In this document: one piece after another, positions 1-10,006 of the stretch | Layout of the letters: each line of letters opens with the position of its first letter | Numbering within the stretch: the stretch's first letter is position 1 | Assembly: GCA_016212005.1 (NCBI GenBank) | Contig: JACRHP010000052.1 | Span: 1 to 62,323, forward strand | Direction of reading: 5' to 3' | DNA length: 62,323 nucleotides | DNA from: Candidatus Omnitrophota bacterium | Lineage (GTDB): Bacteria > Omnitrophota > Gorgyraeia > Zapsychrales > Zapsychraceae | Program-made: the position numbers and the translations under genes | Notes under the pieces: model-generated | Told to the model about the DNA's origin: nothing | Databases searched by the model: none | What the model saw: the letters and a program-made list of their open reading frames with translations, nothing else

Positions 1-2
1 GC

Positions 3-287
3 CGCCTGCGGGATTATAACCGCAAAGACTGCGACTTTGCCTTCTGGCGCCACGGGAGGCAGGAAATAGACATATTGGTGATGCGGGGCGGAAAACCCGT
101 GATCGCTTTTGAGTGCAAGACGGGGCAAGAATCGCTTTCTTCGGATACTTCAAATAATTTCCGGAAGCATTTCCCCAGGATTCCGTTATTTATCGTTTCG
201 GCAAATAAAGAAGGCCATCGCCAGTTAGACAACGGGTTAGAGATTCTTCCATTTTTTATGGCTACGGACAAATTCTTGTCTGTTTGA
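3..287 (+). CDS. AAA+ ATPase/DUF4143 family protein, C-terminal fragment (5' end outside the window)
   Basis: Frame is open from nt 3 and reads RLRDYNRKDCDFAFWRHGRQEIDILVMRGGKPVIAFECK. The FWR..EID..ExK tail is the same as in 2429..3565. Confidence 0.75.
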   Translation, partial: RLRDYNRKDCDFAFWRHGRQEIDILVMRGGKPVIAFECKTGQESLSSDTSNNFRKHFPRIPLFIVSANKEGHRQLDNGLEILPFFMATDKFLSV

Positions 288-344
288 CATTTATCGTAAA
301 GAATGCTATATTTGTTTCTGTAAATAATCAATAATGATTATTTA
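284..344 (+). promoter_or_regulatory. sigma70 promoter and inverted-repeat operator of the abiE operon
   Basis: TTGACA(284-289)-N17-TATATT(307-312) with extended TG; perfect IR TAAATAATCA-ataa-TGATTATTTA at 321-344. AbiEi proteins are known to autorepress via promoter IRs. Confidence 0.65.
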
Positions 345-353
345 AGAATACGT

Positions 354-995
354 ATGAAATATTCCGATTTCAAACATCATTATCAGCATTTACCCGTTAT
401 ATTGAGCAAAGATATCCAGGAAATCCGTGGAAACCGGCAAATTATGCGTAACCAGCTCTCCCGTTGGCAGGCGCAAGGCCTCATTGTGAAGCTCAAACGG
501 GGGATGTATATGCTCAACAAAGACGACCGCCGCGCTGAACCTGGCCGGCCGTTTATCGCCAACCAATTGCACGCGCCGTCCTATGTGAGCCTGGAATACG
601 CGCTCAATTTTTATGGGTTGATCCCGGAACGGGTGGCGGACGTGACGTCCATCACGACCAAAAAAACGACGCGTTTCAATACCCCGGAAGGAACGTTTAT
701 TTATCAACATATCAAGCCGGCGGCCTTTCGCGGTTTCAAAACGTTTAAAGATGAGAAAGGGCTACCCTGCTTTATGGCGTTGCCGGAAAAAGCGGTGGCG
801 GATTTTATTTATCTGAATCTGGAAAAATTCAGGCCCGGCGACAGAACGGTTTTTGATCAGTCTTACCGCTTTCAGAATCTGGAGGACATCGACAAAAAGC
901 TTCTCATGGAACTGGCGTCTCTCTACGGCAGCCTCAAACTGGTCCGGATATTGGGCTTGTTCTGTTCCTTCATCGACAAGGAGAAAGTATTGTGA
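354..995 (+). CDS. abiEi: Type IV toxin-antitoxin antitoxin, AbiEi family
   Basis: N-terminal wHTH (QLSRWQAQGLIVKLKRGMY), PSYVSLEYALNFYGLIPE and ALPEKAVAD motifs; stop overlaps the next start (GTGA). Confidence 0.85.
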   Translation: MKYSDFKHHYQHLPVILSKDIQEIRGNRQIMRNQLSRWQAQGLIVKLKRGMYMLNKDDRRAEPGRPFIANQLHAPSYVSLEYALNFYGLIPERVADVTSITTKKTTRFNTPEGTFIYQHIKPAAFRGFKTFKDEKGLPCFMALPEKAVADFIYLNLEKFRPGDRTVFDQSYRFQNLEDIDKKLLMELASLYGSLKLVRILGLFCSFIDKEKVL

Positions 996-1798
996 TCGAG
1001 GTCCTCAAAGAACAATTCGCGGAGTCGATGTCCAAAGAAGAAAAGGAAAACCGTTTGCGCGAATTCCTGCAGGTCCTGACCCTGAAAATAGTGCATGATA
1101 AGGGATGGTTTGAAAACCTGACATTTGCCGGAGGAACGGCTTTAAGGATATTGTTCAACATGCGGCGTTTTTCGGAAGACCTGGATTTTTCACTGACCGG
1201 CCCTTCCGGGTATGATTTCAAAAAACTTTGCCGCGAGCTTCAGGCGCAGATGGAACTCCACGGGATCAGGATGGAAGGAATTCCGGACATGGAGAAAACC
1301 GTCCATGCGGTTATGCTGCGTTTCCCGGGGCTGCTCAACAACCTTGGGATCTCGCCGCTTCCCGGGCAAAAGTTATCCATTAAGCTGAAAATCGACACGC
1401 GCCCTCCGGAAGGCGGAAAGATCGAGAATAGCCTGGTGAACAAGACCTACGTATTTTATATCCGTCATTTTGATCTGTCCTCATTGTTTGCCGCGAAAAT
1501 TGCCGCCTGCTTTTATCGCAAATATGTTAAAGGGCGGGATTTTTATGACCTGATCTGGTATTTGTCCAAAAACGTCGAGCCCGACTATGAGCTGTTGAAC
1601 AACGCTATCCGTCAGACCCAGGGCAAGGCGCCGGGCATCAACGCGGGGAATATCGGACAATTCCTGCGCGATCATCTTGAAAAGATCGATCTAGACAAGG
1701 CCGCAAAAGACGTTGAAAGATTCCTGGATGATAAAAACGAATTGAAGCTGTTCAACCATGACCTTATCAAGGGAAGCATTGATTCGGTATTTCGATAA
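992..1798 (+). CDS. abiEii: Type IV TA toxin, AbiEii nucleotidyltransferase
   Basis: FAGGTALR, RFSEDLDF and KGRDFYDL motifs. Confidence 0.9.
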   Translation: MIEVLKEQFAESMSKEEKENRLREFLQVLTLKIVHDKGWFENLTFAGGTALRILFNMRRFSEDLDFSLTGPSGYDFKKLCRELQAQMELHGIRMEGIPDMEKTVHAVMLRFPGLLNNLGISPLPGQKLSIKLKIDTRPPEGGKIENSLVNKTYVFYIRHFDLSSLFAAKIAACFYRKYVKGRDFYDLIWYLSKNVEPDYELLNNAIRQTQGKAPGINAGNIGQFLRDHLEKIDLDKAAKDVERFLDDKNELKLFNHDLIKGSIDSVFR

Positions 1799-1817
1799 AA
1801 ACATGTGAGGCTGACCT

Positions 1818-2357
1818 ATGAAAAGAATTTTTTGTTACCTGTTATATTATTTCTTCGCTAAAAACCTGCCGCGGTCCTATGAACTGGGGCCTGTCGGCAA
1901 GATGTCCGGACGTCTGCGCCGGTTCGCCTGCCGCCGCCTTTTCCAAAAGACTGAAGGTATTTTCGGCGTCGAGCGCGGGGCGGACTTCGGCGGCGGACGC
2001 AACATCATTATGCGCGAATACGGATCGCTGGGAGAAAACCTCCGGGTCATGGGCGAAGGGACCGTTACCGTCGGGCGCCATGTCATGATGGGGCCTGATG
2101 TGCTGATCCTGACCAGCGACCATAAAGCGGACGAAGAAGGGTTTGACGGTTACGTCACCAAAGACGTCCTGATCGATGACCACGCATGGATCGGCGCCCG
2201 CGCCATCATCCTCAAAGGCGTGAGGGTCGGTAAACACGCGATCGTGGGGGCGGGGGCGGTGGTCGCCCGCCACGTGCAGGACCACGAGGTCGTCATCGGA
2301 AACCCCGCGAAAGTCCTCCGCGTGAGGGTCCCACCGCCGGATGACCGAAAATCATGA
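1818..2357 (+). CDS. O-acetyltransferase, hexapeptide (LbH) family
   Basis: Hexapeptide repeats WIGARAIILKGVRVGKHAIVGAGAVV and GNPAK. Confidence 0.85.
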   Translation: MKRIFCYLLYYFFAKNLPRSYELGPVGKMSGRLRRFACRRLFQKTEGIFGVERGADFGGGRNIIMREYGSLGENLRVMGEGTVTVGRHVMMGPDVLILTSDHKADEEGFDGYVTKDVLIDDHAWIGARAIILKGVRVGKHAIVGAGAVVARHVQDHEVVIGNPAKVLRVRVPPPDDRKS

Positions 2358-2363
2358 AAATCC

Positions 2364-2418
2364 TTGACATATCAATATATTGGCGTAATATAGTGAATTA
2401 GTTCCTCAAATTACGCCA
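2364..2418 (+). promoter_or_regulatory. Probable promoter with 9-bp inverted-repeat operator
   Basis: TTGACA at 2364-2369; IR TGGCGTAAT (2381-2389) / ATTACGCCA (2410-2418); -10 position ambiguous. Confidence 0.45.
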
Positions 2419-2428
2419 CTAAATAACC

Positions 2429-3565
2429 ATGTACACACGAATTCTTAAAAAACAAATTTACGAAAAATTCTTCTCCGGAAAAGCCATTATTATCGCGGGC
2501 GCCAGGCAGACCGGCAAAACCACGCTTTCCATGGACCTTCTTCGGGAATCGGGAGAAGGTCATTATAAAATTTTTAATTGCGATAATCCCTCCGACAGGG
2601 AGATGCTGACCGACAAAAACCTGGAGTTTTTAAAACAGCTTGTCGGGGACTCCCAAGTTGTCCTCATTGACGAGGGGCAGAAGGTAACGACGATCGGGCA
2701 GACGGTGAAGCTGCTGGTGGATTTTTATAAAAAGGAAAAACAGATCCTCGTGACCGGATCCTCGAGCCTGAACCTCCTGGACCAAACCCATGAACCCCTG
2801 ACCGGAAGAAAATATGTTTATACGCTTTATCCGTTATCGCTGGAAGAGATCTACCCGGACCGCGATGTGCTGACCATGACCAAAGAGCTGGAGGGACTGC
2901 TGGTTTTCGGTTCTTATCCCGAAGTCGTGACGCAAAAGTCTTTCGAAGCCAAGGCGGAACTCCTGCGGGAACTTCAATCGAGCTACCTCTATAAGGACAT
3001 CCTTGAATTCCAGGCGGTAAGGAATTCCGACAAGATCATGAAACTCGTCAGGGCGCTTGCCCTGCAGGTCGGGTCGGAGGTCTCCTGCACGGAACTTTCC
3101 AGCCTCATCGGCATCGACAAAAAAACCGTGGAACACTACATCGACGTCCTGGAAAAAAGTTTTGTGGTTTTCACTCTCACGCCCTACGCCAAAAACAAAC
3201 GCCGGGAGATCTCCAAACTGAAAAAAGTTTACTTCCATGATCTGGGCATACGCAACGCCGTGATCAACAATTTTAATTTTCTGGAAAAACGCGGCGACAC
3301 GGGGATTTTATGGGAAAATTTTCTAATGGCGGAACGCCTCAAATACCGGCAGCATCATCATCTCCACGCGAACTCCTATTTCTGGCGGACATATGACGGC
3401 AGCGAAGTTGACCTGGTGGAAGAGCTTGAGGGGAAACTGAACGGTTATGAATTCAAATGGAAAGAAAAAAGGAGGAAAACGGGGGGGCCGGCCAAATGGC
3501 TGGAATATCCCGGGAGCTCTTTTCAAATCGTAACGACTCAAAATTTACAAAATTTTCTTTTCTAA
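2429..3565 (+). CDS. AAA+ ATPase (AAA_14) with DUF4143 domain
   Basis: Walker A GARQTGKT, Walker B LIDEGQ, VTGSS, KVYFHDLG, FWRT..EVDLV..EFK. Confidence 0.85.
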   Translation: MYTRILKKQIYEKFFSGKAIIIAGARQTGKTTLSMDLLRESGEGHYKIFNCDNPSDREMLTDKNLEFLKQLVGDSQVVLIDEGQKVTTIGQTVKLLVDFYKKEKQILVTGSSSLNLLDQTHEPLTGRKYVYTLYPLSLEEIYPDRDVLTMTKELEGLLVFGSYPEVVTQKSFEAKAELLRELQSSYLYKDILEFQAVRNSDKIMKLVRALALQVGSEVSCTELSSLIGIDKKTVEHYIDVLEKSFVVFTLTPYAKNKRREISKLKKVYFHDLGIRNAVINNFNFLEKRGDTGILWENFLMAERLKYRQHHHLHANSYFWRTYDGSEVDLVEELEGKLNGYEFKWKEKRRKTGGPAKWLEYPGSSFQIVTTQNLQNFLF

Positions 3566-3608
3566 GGTCTATCCTGAATCCTTCTGTAATCCATAAAAAT
3601 ATGCCCCC

Positions 3609-5954
3609 ATGAAAATTCTTGTCTTTACAACGCTTTTCCCCAACAGCCGGATGCCGCACCATGGGCTTTTTATCAAGGCGCGCGTGGCCGCCCTCTCCAA
3701 AAACAACGAAGTGCGGGTCGTCGCGCCGGTGCCGTTTTTCCCGCCCTGGAATATCAATCCCAGGTGGTTTCTGTTCAGCCAAATACCCGTGGAAGAAGAG
3801 ATCGACGGCATTAAAGTTTATCATCCCCGGTATCTGGTTACTCCCAAGATCGGCCGCGCGCTCTACGGATTTCTGATGTATTTCAGCCTGTACGGCTTCA
3901 TCAAAAATCTACGCCGGTCATTTGATTTTGATCTGATCGACGCGCATTTCTTGTATCCGGACGGGGTGGCCGCCGTTTTACTCGGCCGCCGGCTGCGCAA
4001 AAAAACGATTTTAAACGCGCGGGGGACGGACCTCAACTGGTACCCGCAATTTCCGGTCATCCGCGCCCAGATCCGTTCGGCCCTGGAAAAAGCCGACGCG
4101 GTGACCGTCGTTACGGAAACTCTTCAGGAAAAAACCATCGAACTGGGCATCGACCGCGGCAAGGTCGCCGTCATCCCCAACGGCGTCGATACCGGCATGT
4201 TTTGCTTCAGACCGAAGGACGAAGCCAAACGGACGCTGGGCCTTCCTGACAATCGCCGCGTTATCCTTGCCGTCGGCCATCTGCTGGAAGCCAAAGGATT
4301 TCATTTTCTGATAGAAGCGTTGCGCCATGTCCGCCGGCAGGACATGGACCTCGTTATCATCGGTGAAGGGGAATATAAAGAAAAGTTACTGCAATTGGCC
4401 GCGGAATATCACCTGCAGGGACGCGTCAAGTTCCCGGGGGAAAGGCCGCAAGGCGAATTGGCCCTCTGGTACGCGGCCGCCGAGGTCTTTTGCCTGACCA
4501 GCCTGCGCGAAGGCCGGCCCAATGTCGTCCTGGAGGCCATGGCCTGCGGCACGCCGATCGTTTCTATGAACAAATGGGGGCTGTCACGGATCGTTGATCT
4601 GGACAAAGGGATCCTGCTCGACAGTTACGAACCGGCAGGCATCGCCCGCGCCATTGATGAAACGCTACAGCGGCACTGGGACCGCCGGGCCATCAGCGGC
4701 TCGATGAAAGAACATACCTGGGCCAGGACCGCGGAGCAGGTGGACCAACTTATGACATCGGTCATGGCGCGAAAGGATATCCTGTTTTTTTCTTCCGACG
4801 ACTGGAACAGCGGCCTGAAGACGAGCAAATACCATCTCTCCACGCGCCTCGCCCGCCAGAACCGGGTTTTCTTCATCAATTCCTTGAGTCTAAGGGCGCC
4901 GACCTTCTCAAAACGGGACGTTAATAAAATCCTGGCCAAATTGAAAGGATATTTTCGCGGCCTGCAAAAAGTTAGAGAAAATTTATATGTATACACACCG
5001 TTACTGATTCCATTTCAAAAGTTCGCGTTCATCCGCTGGCTCAATGAACGGTTTCTCCTGTGGCAATTCCGGGTTATGATCCGCCGGTATCAAATGCGGG
5101 ATCCCGCCATCTGGACGTTCCTGCCGAACACGGTCGACCTTGTGCGCAAATTACCGAAAAAATGCCTGATCTATTACAGCGTCGACGACATGAGCGCCTT
5201 TAAAGGCGTACCGCGGGAGACGGTCCGCCGGCAAGATGAAGAGCTGACAAAAGAGGCGGACCTGACGTTTTCCGTATCGGAGGAATTGTTCAACAGGAAG
5301 CGGCTGTTGAACCCCAACTCATTTTATTCCCCGCACGGCGTTGATTTCGACCTGTTCAACCGGGCCAATACCAACGGCGCCGTCAAAAAACCGGAAGATT
5401 TGGCCGGAATCCCGGAGCCGATCATCGGGTTCTACGGGCTGATCTCCGGCGACTGGGTCGATTACCGGCTGATGGAATATCTGGCCCAACAGCGGCCGCG
5501 ATGGTCATTTGTTCTCATCGGCAAGATCGACCGCAGGGAAGGCGAAACGCTCCCGCGGGCAAACAATATCCATTATCTGCCCGTAAAACCCTATGAAGAA
5601 CTCTACCGTTACAGTAAATTCTTTAACGTGGCGGTCCTGCCGTTTAATATCAATCCGCTCACGACGCACTCGCATCCTTTGAAGATCCTCGAATACCTCT
5701 CCGCCGGCAGGCCGGTTGTTTGCGTCGCTATCCCGGAGGCAAAAAAATACGCGCAAGTCATCACGGTCGCCTCCGACTACAAAGACTTCCTGGACAAGAT
5801 TGAAAATTACTTGAGTAACGATAACCCCGGGGCGAAAGAATCCCGCGTTAACTTCGCCTCGCGGCATTCCTGGGACAAACGGTTTGATGAGATACAAGAG
5901 ATTATTAGTCGTCATATGCGTCCTGATGCTGCTGGCGCTCGTCGTACGGCCTAA
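3609..5954 (+). CDS. Bifunctional glycosyltransferase, two fused GT4 (GT-B) modules (TuaC-like + TuaH-like)
   Basis: Module 1: TTLFPN, IPNGVD, EGRPNVVLEAMACG. Module 2 from ~4764: SSDDW, PHGVD, PLKILEYLSAGRPVV. Confidence 0.85.
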   Translation: MKILVFTTLFPNSRMPHHGLFIKARVAALSKNNEVRVVAPVPFFPPWNINPRWFLFSQIPVEEEIDGIKVYHPRYLVTPKIGRALYGFLMYFSLYGFIKNLRRSFDFDLIDAHFLYPDGVAAVLLGRRLRKKTILNARGTDLNWYPQFPVIRAQIRSALEKADAVTVVTETLQEKTIELGIDRGKVAVIPNGVDTGMFCFRPKDEAKRTLGLPDNRRVILAVGHLLEAKGFHFLIEALRHVRRQDMDLVIIGEGEYKEKLLQLAAEYHLQGRVKFPGERPQGELALWYAAAEVFCLTSLREGRPNVVLEAMACGTPIVSMNKWGLSRIVDLDKGILLDSYEPAGIARAIDETLQRHWDRRAISGSMKEHTWARTAEQVDQLMTSVMARKDILFFSSDDWNSGLKTSKYHLSTRLARQNRVFFINSLSLRAPTFSKRDVNKILAKLKGYFRGLQKVRENLYVYTPLLIPFQKFAFIRWLNERFLLWQFRVMIRRYQMRDPAIWTFLPNTVDLVRKLPKKCLIYYSVDDMSAFKGVPRETVRRQDEELTKEADLTFSVSEELFNRKRLLNPNSFYSPHGVDFDLFNRANTNGAVKKPEDLAGIPEPIIGFYGLISGDWVDYRLMEYLAQQRPRWSFVLIGKIDRREGETLPRANNIHYLPVKPYEELYRYSKFFNVAVLPFNINPLTTHSHPLKILEYLSAGRPVVCVAIPEAKKYAQVITVASDYKDFLDKIENYLSNDNPGAKESRVNFASRHSWDKRFDEIQEIISRHMRPDAAGARRTA

Positions 5955-8229
5955 AAATGCCGTGCTGGGGGGCGCGCCGGCGAAGGGGACACAAAAGCCC
6001 GCTTCGATCGCCATCGACGCGACCCAGGATGGGCCCGTATTCGGCGACCCTGAAGGGCTCCAGCGCGTTCAAAAGCTGGAAAGCCAGCTGCACCAGTTAA
6101 AAATCCGCGAGGACCATCCGCGGATGTTTATTACAAAAGAGAACATCCCGGAGATCCGGAAAAAACTCACCGCTTTTAATCCGAATTGGCAGGAGATATT
6201 GAAAAAGGCGGACTCCGGCGACCTCATCAACGCGGCTTTCGTTTACGCGGTCCTGGAAGATTCGGACCCGATGGCCGGACGACTGGCGTTAAGCACTGTT
6301 AAAAAAATACTTTTTGAAAAAAAGCCGGACATCAATAAAAATTGGGCGCAGGAAAAAGACGCGGCCGTGATGGCCTTGGCCTTTGATTGGGTCTATAATG
6401 GGCTCACCGAAAACGAGCGCGAACAACTGGTCCAAAAGCTCGCTCGTCTCAACCGTATCGATGAACGAGCCAAAAAGATCCGTTCCGGATACAAAGAAAT
6501 GCTTGAGACCTTCCATCGGGAAGAATGGGTATTCAATTCCTGGCGGGCGTGGCCGGAAATCGCCCTGGCCCATCACGTGCCGGACGCAGAATTTAATTAC
6601 AAAGCCCGCTGGGACCACACTTGGTACTACGGCGATGCCGCCCGGATGTACGCCTACGCGGCGGACGGCACGCCGTTCGAAGGTTATTACATGGGAGCCG
6701 ACGGCTGCGACTGGTTTCTCGCGCTCAAAAGCGCCACAGGTATCAACCTCATTGACGACCCGCAAATCGGCTGGTGCCGCAACGCTGCGTATTACGTGCT
6801 GTACCGGCTCGATTTCGGCCTGGGTCGAGAAATTTTGCATAAGGGCGCCTTTATCGGTAATGGCGGAATTCTTTCGTACTCGAAAGGGATCTCTACCTGG
6901 AAATTTATGGAATTCCTTGGGCGCACCATGGGATTGGCTTCCGACAACCCTTACTGCAAGTGGATTATTAATAATATATCCAAAGATGTATCTTCCTGGA
7001 TTATGACAACTACCGGATACGCCGGGCTTGAAGAACTGGAAAATATCGCGAATACGATATATGATCACCCGCTGCAACAGGCCCAAAATCCGCAGACGGC
7101 ATCGTATGAAGAGTTACCTTACGCGCGCTTTTTCCCGGGCGGCAAAGAAGCGGTCATGCGCACCAGTTTCCGTCCGGAAAGTACCTGCGTTGGATTTACG
7201 GCCAAAAACGCCTATACCATGACCAGTCACAGCGATTTTGACGTTAATACATTTATGATCTATAAAAAAGGAAATTTAGCGCCGGACTCGGGAGTATACG
7301 ACGCCTACCAAGGACAACACAATTATTTGAACTATCAGAAAAATACTACCGCCCATAACGATATCCTGATCATCGATCCGGCAAAACCTGATGATCCCCG
7401 CAAGCTTTCCAGAGCCGTTGATCCCGGAGGAGTGGAACTGGTCAGCAAACGGACGTTCGGCGCCGTGAACAACTGGGGATTCAAAGACGCCTTTCTACAC
7501 GACGCGCGGGCTCACTGGACGCAAATCCTCGATTTTAAAACGACCAAAGATTATGACTACATCATTGGTGAGGCCGCTAAAGCTTATTCCAGCCGGTTAA
7601 ACGAATTTATCCGGCATCTGGTTTTCATCCGCAAAGGTCCTACGGACAACGCTTATATTATTGTTTTTGATCGCATTGAAACCAAAAGCGGGAATTTCAT
7701 CAAGAAGTGGCTCTTGCACTTAGTGAGCGAACCACAGCTCAACGGCAAGCTTCTGCACGCCAAGATCCCGGGCCATTACGAGATATTCGACGGTGATTTC
7801 CTTGTTGCCACAAATGTGTTCAATACGGCAAAATTGTACAATAAGACCCTTTTACCAAAGCACAGGACGATCGCCAAAATCGGTGGGGATGGATTTGAGT
7901 TTTGGATGGAAGGCTCCAGACCGCGAAATATCGGCATCTCGAAAGAAGTCAAAGAATATATTGAGAAAAATACCGGCGGGCCGTGGCAGGAGGTCGGCAC
8001 GTGGCGCGTGGAGGTCACGGCGCTGGATAAAAAAGAACGCGATTATTTCTTGAATGTGCTCTACGCTGCCGATATAAAGGATACATTAGACCCTGAAAAT
8101 ATCTCCATGCGCGAGGACGACAAGAGCGTGGAAGTATTGATCAGGGACCAGGAACTCGGTACCGTCAGCGTCACCATGCCCAAGACAGGGAAACCGGCGG
8201 TAAAGGTAATGTTTGAAAAAAATAAATAA
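5887..8229 (+). CDS. Exported heparinase II/III-like (polysaccharide lyase-like) protein
   Basis: N-terminal signal/anchor; HPRMF, SHSDFDVNTF, LAPDSG, TTAHN, IVFDR, KKWLLH motifs. Confidence 0.7.
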   Translation: MRYKRLLVVICVLMLLALVVRPKNAVLGGAPAKGTQKPASIAIDATQDGPVFGDPEGLQRVQKLESQLHQLKIREDHPRMFITKENIPEIRKKLTAFNPNWQEILKKADSGDLINAAFVYAVLEDSDPMAGRLALSTVKKILFEKKPDINKNWAQEKDAAVMALAFDWVYNGLTENEREQLVQKLARLNRIDERAKKIRSGYKEMLETFHREEWVFNSWRAWPEIALAHHVPDAEFNYKARWDHTWYYGDAARMYAYAADGTPFEGYYMGADGCDWFLALKSATGINLIDDPQIGWCRNAAYYVLYRLDFGLGREILHKGAFIGNGGILSYSKGISTWKFMEFLGRTMGLASDNPYCKWIINNISKDVSSWIMTTTGYAGLEELENIANTIYDHPLQQAQNPQTASYEELPYARFFPGGKEAVMRTSFRPESTCVGFTAKNAYTMTSHSDFDVNTFMIYKKGNLAPDSGVYDAYQGQHNYLNYQKNTTAHNDILIIDPAKPDDPRKLSRAVDPGGVELVSKRTFGAVNNWGFKDAFLHDARAHWTQILDFKTTKDYDYIIGEAAKAYSSRLNEFIRHLVFIRKGPTDNAYIIVFDRIETKSGNFIKKWLLHLVSEPQLNGKLLHAKIPGHYEIFDGDFLVATNVFNTAKLYNKTLLPKHRTIAKIGGDGFEFWMEGSRPRNIGISKEVKEYIEKNTGGPWQEVGTWRVEVTALDKKERDYFLNVLYAADIKDTLDPENISMREDDKSVEVLIRDQELGTVSVTMPKTGKPAVKVMFEKNK

Positions 8230-8255
8230 AAATTGATGGGGAATTAATTGAACCC

Positions 8256-8283
8256 GTAGGGACACGGCATGCCGTGTCCCTAC
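8256..8283. repeat. REP-like perfect 28-bp palindrome (GTAG type)
   Basis: GTAGGGACACGGCATGCCGTGTCCCTAC, intergenic. Confidence 0.85.
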
Positions 8284-8306
8284 AAATGTCGTTGCAGGAT
8301 GACAAA

Positions 8307-9101
8307 ATGTCTTCTGGTCCAATAAAAAAGATTATCCGCAAGTTCCGGCACCTGTGCGGCCAATTCGACGCGCCCAAGGGGGTCATTATCTTGATGTACC
8401 ACCGCGTCAACGACGCCCTGCCGGCGCATAACCTGGTCACGCGCGCAAAGGCCTTTGAGGGCCAGATGCGGTTTTTGTACCGTCACGCGAATGTCTACCA
8501 GATGATCAGCCTCAAGGACTTCGAGACCGGACACCCGGCCGTATTCGAAAGCCCAAAAACAAAAGTCATCATCACCTTTGATGACGGCTACCGTGACAAT
8601 TATCAAAACGCCTTCCCGGTCCTGAAGCAATTCGGGTTCCCGGCGGCCGTATTTTTGACGACCAGCCTGGTCGGTACGGACAATAAATTGAACCGTTACG
8701 CGAAAATCTCCGGGCGTGACATGCTCAACTGGGAAGAAATCGCTGAAATGTACGCCCACCAGATCTCCTTCGGCGCCCACACGGCGTCGCATCCGCACCT
8801 GCCGCGGTTCAGCTACGAAACCCAATATCAGGAAATCGCGCAGAGCCGCGCCTGTGTTGATAGAAATTTGCCTCGGGGGGAACGGTTGGACACCTTTTGC
8901 TACCCCTATGGTGAATATAACGCGGATACGCTGAACATCGTCCAGAAACTGGGGTTCCGTTACGCTTTAAGCGTTATCCAGGGAGTCAACACGCCGGAAA
9001 CTCCCTTGTATGAACTCAAACGCGTCGAAATCAGCGGGTTCGATGACATCAAGAGCTTTGAATATAAGATGCTGGAAAAATATAAGCAGCAATTGATATG
9101 A
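8307..9101 (+). CDS. Polysaccharide deacetylase (NodB/CE4)
   Basis: LMYHRV, TFDDGY, HTASH, YPYG. Start moved to ATG 8307, after an AGGA RBS and past the REP. Confidence 0.9.
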   Translation: MSSGPIKKIIRKFRHLCGQFDAPKGVIILMYHRVNDALPAHNLVTRAKAFEGQMRFLYRHANVYQMISLKDFETGHPAVFESPKTKVIITFDDGYRDNYQNAFPVLKQFGFPAAVFLTTSLVGTDNKLNRYAKISGRDMLNWEEIAEMYAHQISFGAHTASHPHLPRFSYETQYQEIAQSRACVDRNLPRGERLDTFCYPYGEYNADTLNIVQKLGFRYALSVIQGVNTPETPLYELKRVEISGFDDIKSFEYKMLEKYKQQLI

Positions 9102-9922
9102 CAAATAAAATCACTCAACCAATCGTCCTCATGTATCACAGCATCCTGGCGCCCAATGCGCCGGCACCCGGGGAACGCGAAGCGGGAGCGGAGCTTTATG
9201 ACGTCAGCGCCGAAAAGTTCCGCGCCCAGTTGTCGTGGCTCAAGGAACACCAATACCGCAGCGTCACAGTCCATAAAAACCTGGACGTCTTCAGCCGCAG
9301 GGAAATCCTCATCACTTTTGACGACGGAGAAAAGAATAATTACACGGCGGCCCTGCCGTTACTGCAGGAGTTCGGCTTCACGGGACATTTTTTTCTGATC
9401 GCCAAGCGTGTCGGCAAGGAAGGATATATGGGCTGGGACGAGATCCGCCGGCTCCTCGCGGCCGGGATGGTGGTCGGTTCCCACGGCTTCAGCCACGAGA
9501 TATTGACCAACCTCCTGAATACCCAGATCGAGGAAGAACTCTCCGCTTCCAGAAAATACCTTGAACGCAACCTGGGCATCCCCGTTGAAAGCCTTTCGAT
9601 CCCCCGCGGGTTCTGCAATGATAAAATCCTGCGGATGGCGAAAGAGACCGGCTACAAATATATCTTCCTTTCGGAGAAACCCGCCGCGCCGCCGGCAGGA
9701 CATACCTCCCAGCCGGGTAGGTCCCGCGTAGCGGGGCAGGCAGGATGTTTTTCCCGCGTCGCCGTCAAATCGAACTGGACCATCGACCGTTTCGCCCAAG
9801 CCATGAGCGGGAACGCGCCTCTCAAGGAAAAAATCCTGGTGTCCTGCAAAAACAGCGTGAAAAAAATCCTGGGTGGAGGCGCGTACGACTGGGCACGGCG
9901 GATGATGCTCAAAATAAAATAA
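9098..9922 (+). CDS. Polysaccharide deacetylase (NodB/CE4)
   Basis: LMYH, TFDDG, HGFSH, IPRG. Confidence 0.9.
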   Translation: MTNKITQPIVLMYHSILAPNAPAPGEREAGAELYDVSAEKFRAQLSWLKEHQYRSVTVHKNLDVFSRREILITFDDGEKNNYTAALPLLQEFGFTGHFFLIAKRVGKEGYMGWDEIRRLLAAGMVVGSHGFSHEILTNLLNTQIEEELSASRKYLERNLGIPVESLSIPRGFCNDKILRMAKETGYKYIFLSEKPAAPPAGHTSQPGRSRVAGQAGCFSRVAVKSNWTIDRFAQAMSGNAPLKEKILVSCKNSVKKILGGGAYDWARRMMLKIK

Positions 9923-9953
9923 TAATGGAAAAGATGGATATTCGGCATACATC

Positions 9954-10000
9954 ATATATGCTGTATAATACTTGACAACACAATATATATGCTGTATATT
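9954..10000 (+). promoter_or_regulatory. sigma70 promoter with duplicated operator; probably a leaderless transcript
   Basis: TTGACA(9972-9977)-N17-TATATT(9995-10000), ATG at 10007; ATATATGCTGTATA at 9954-9967 and 9985-9998. Confidence 0.65.
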
Positions 10001-10006
10001 TAGGTC

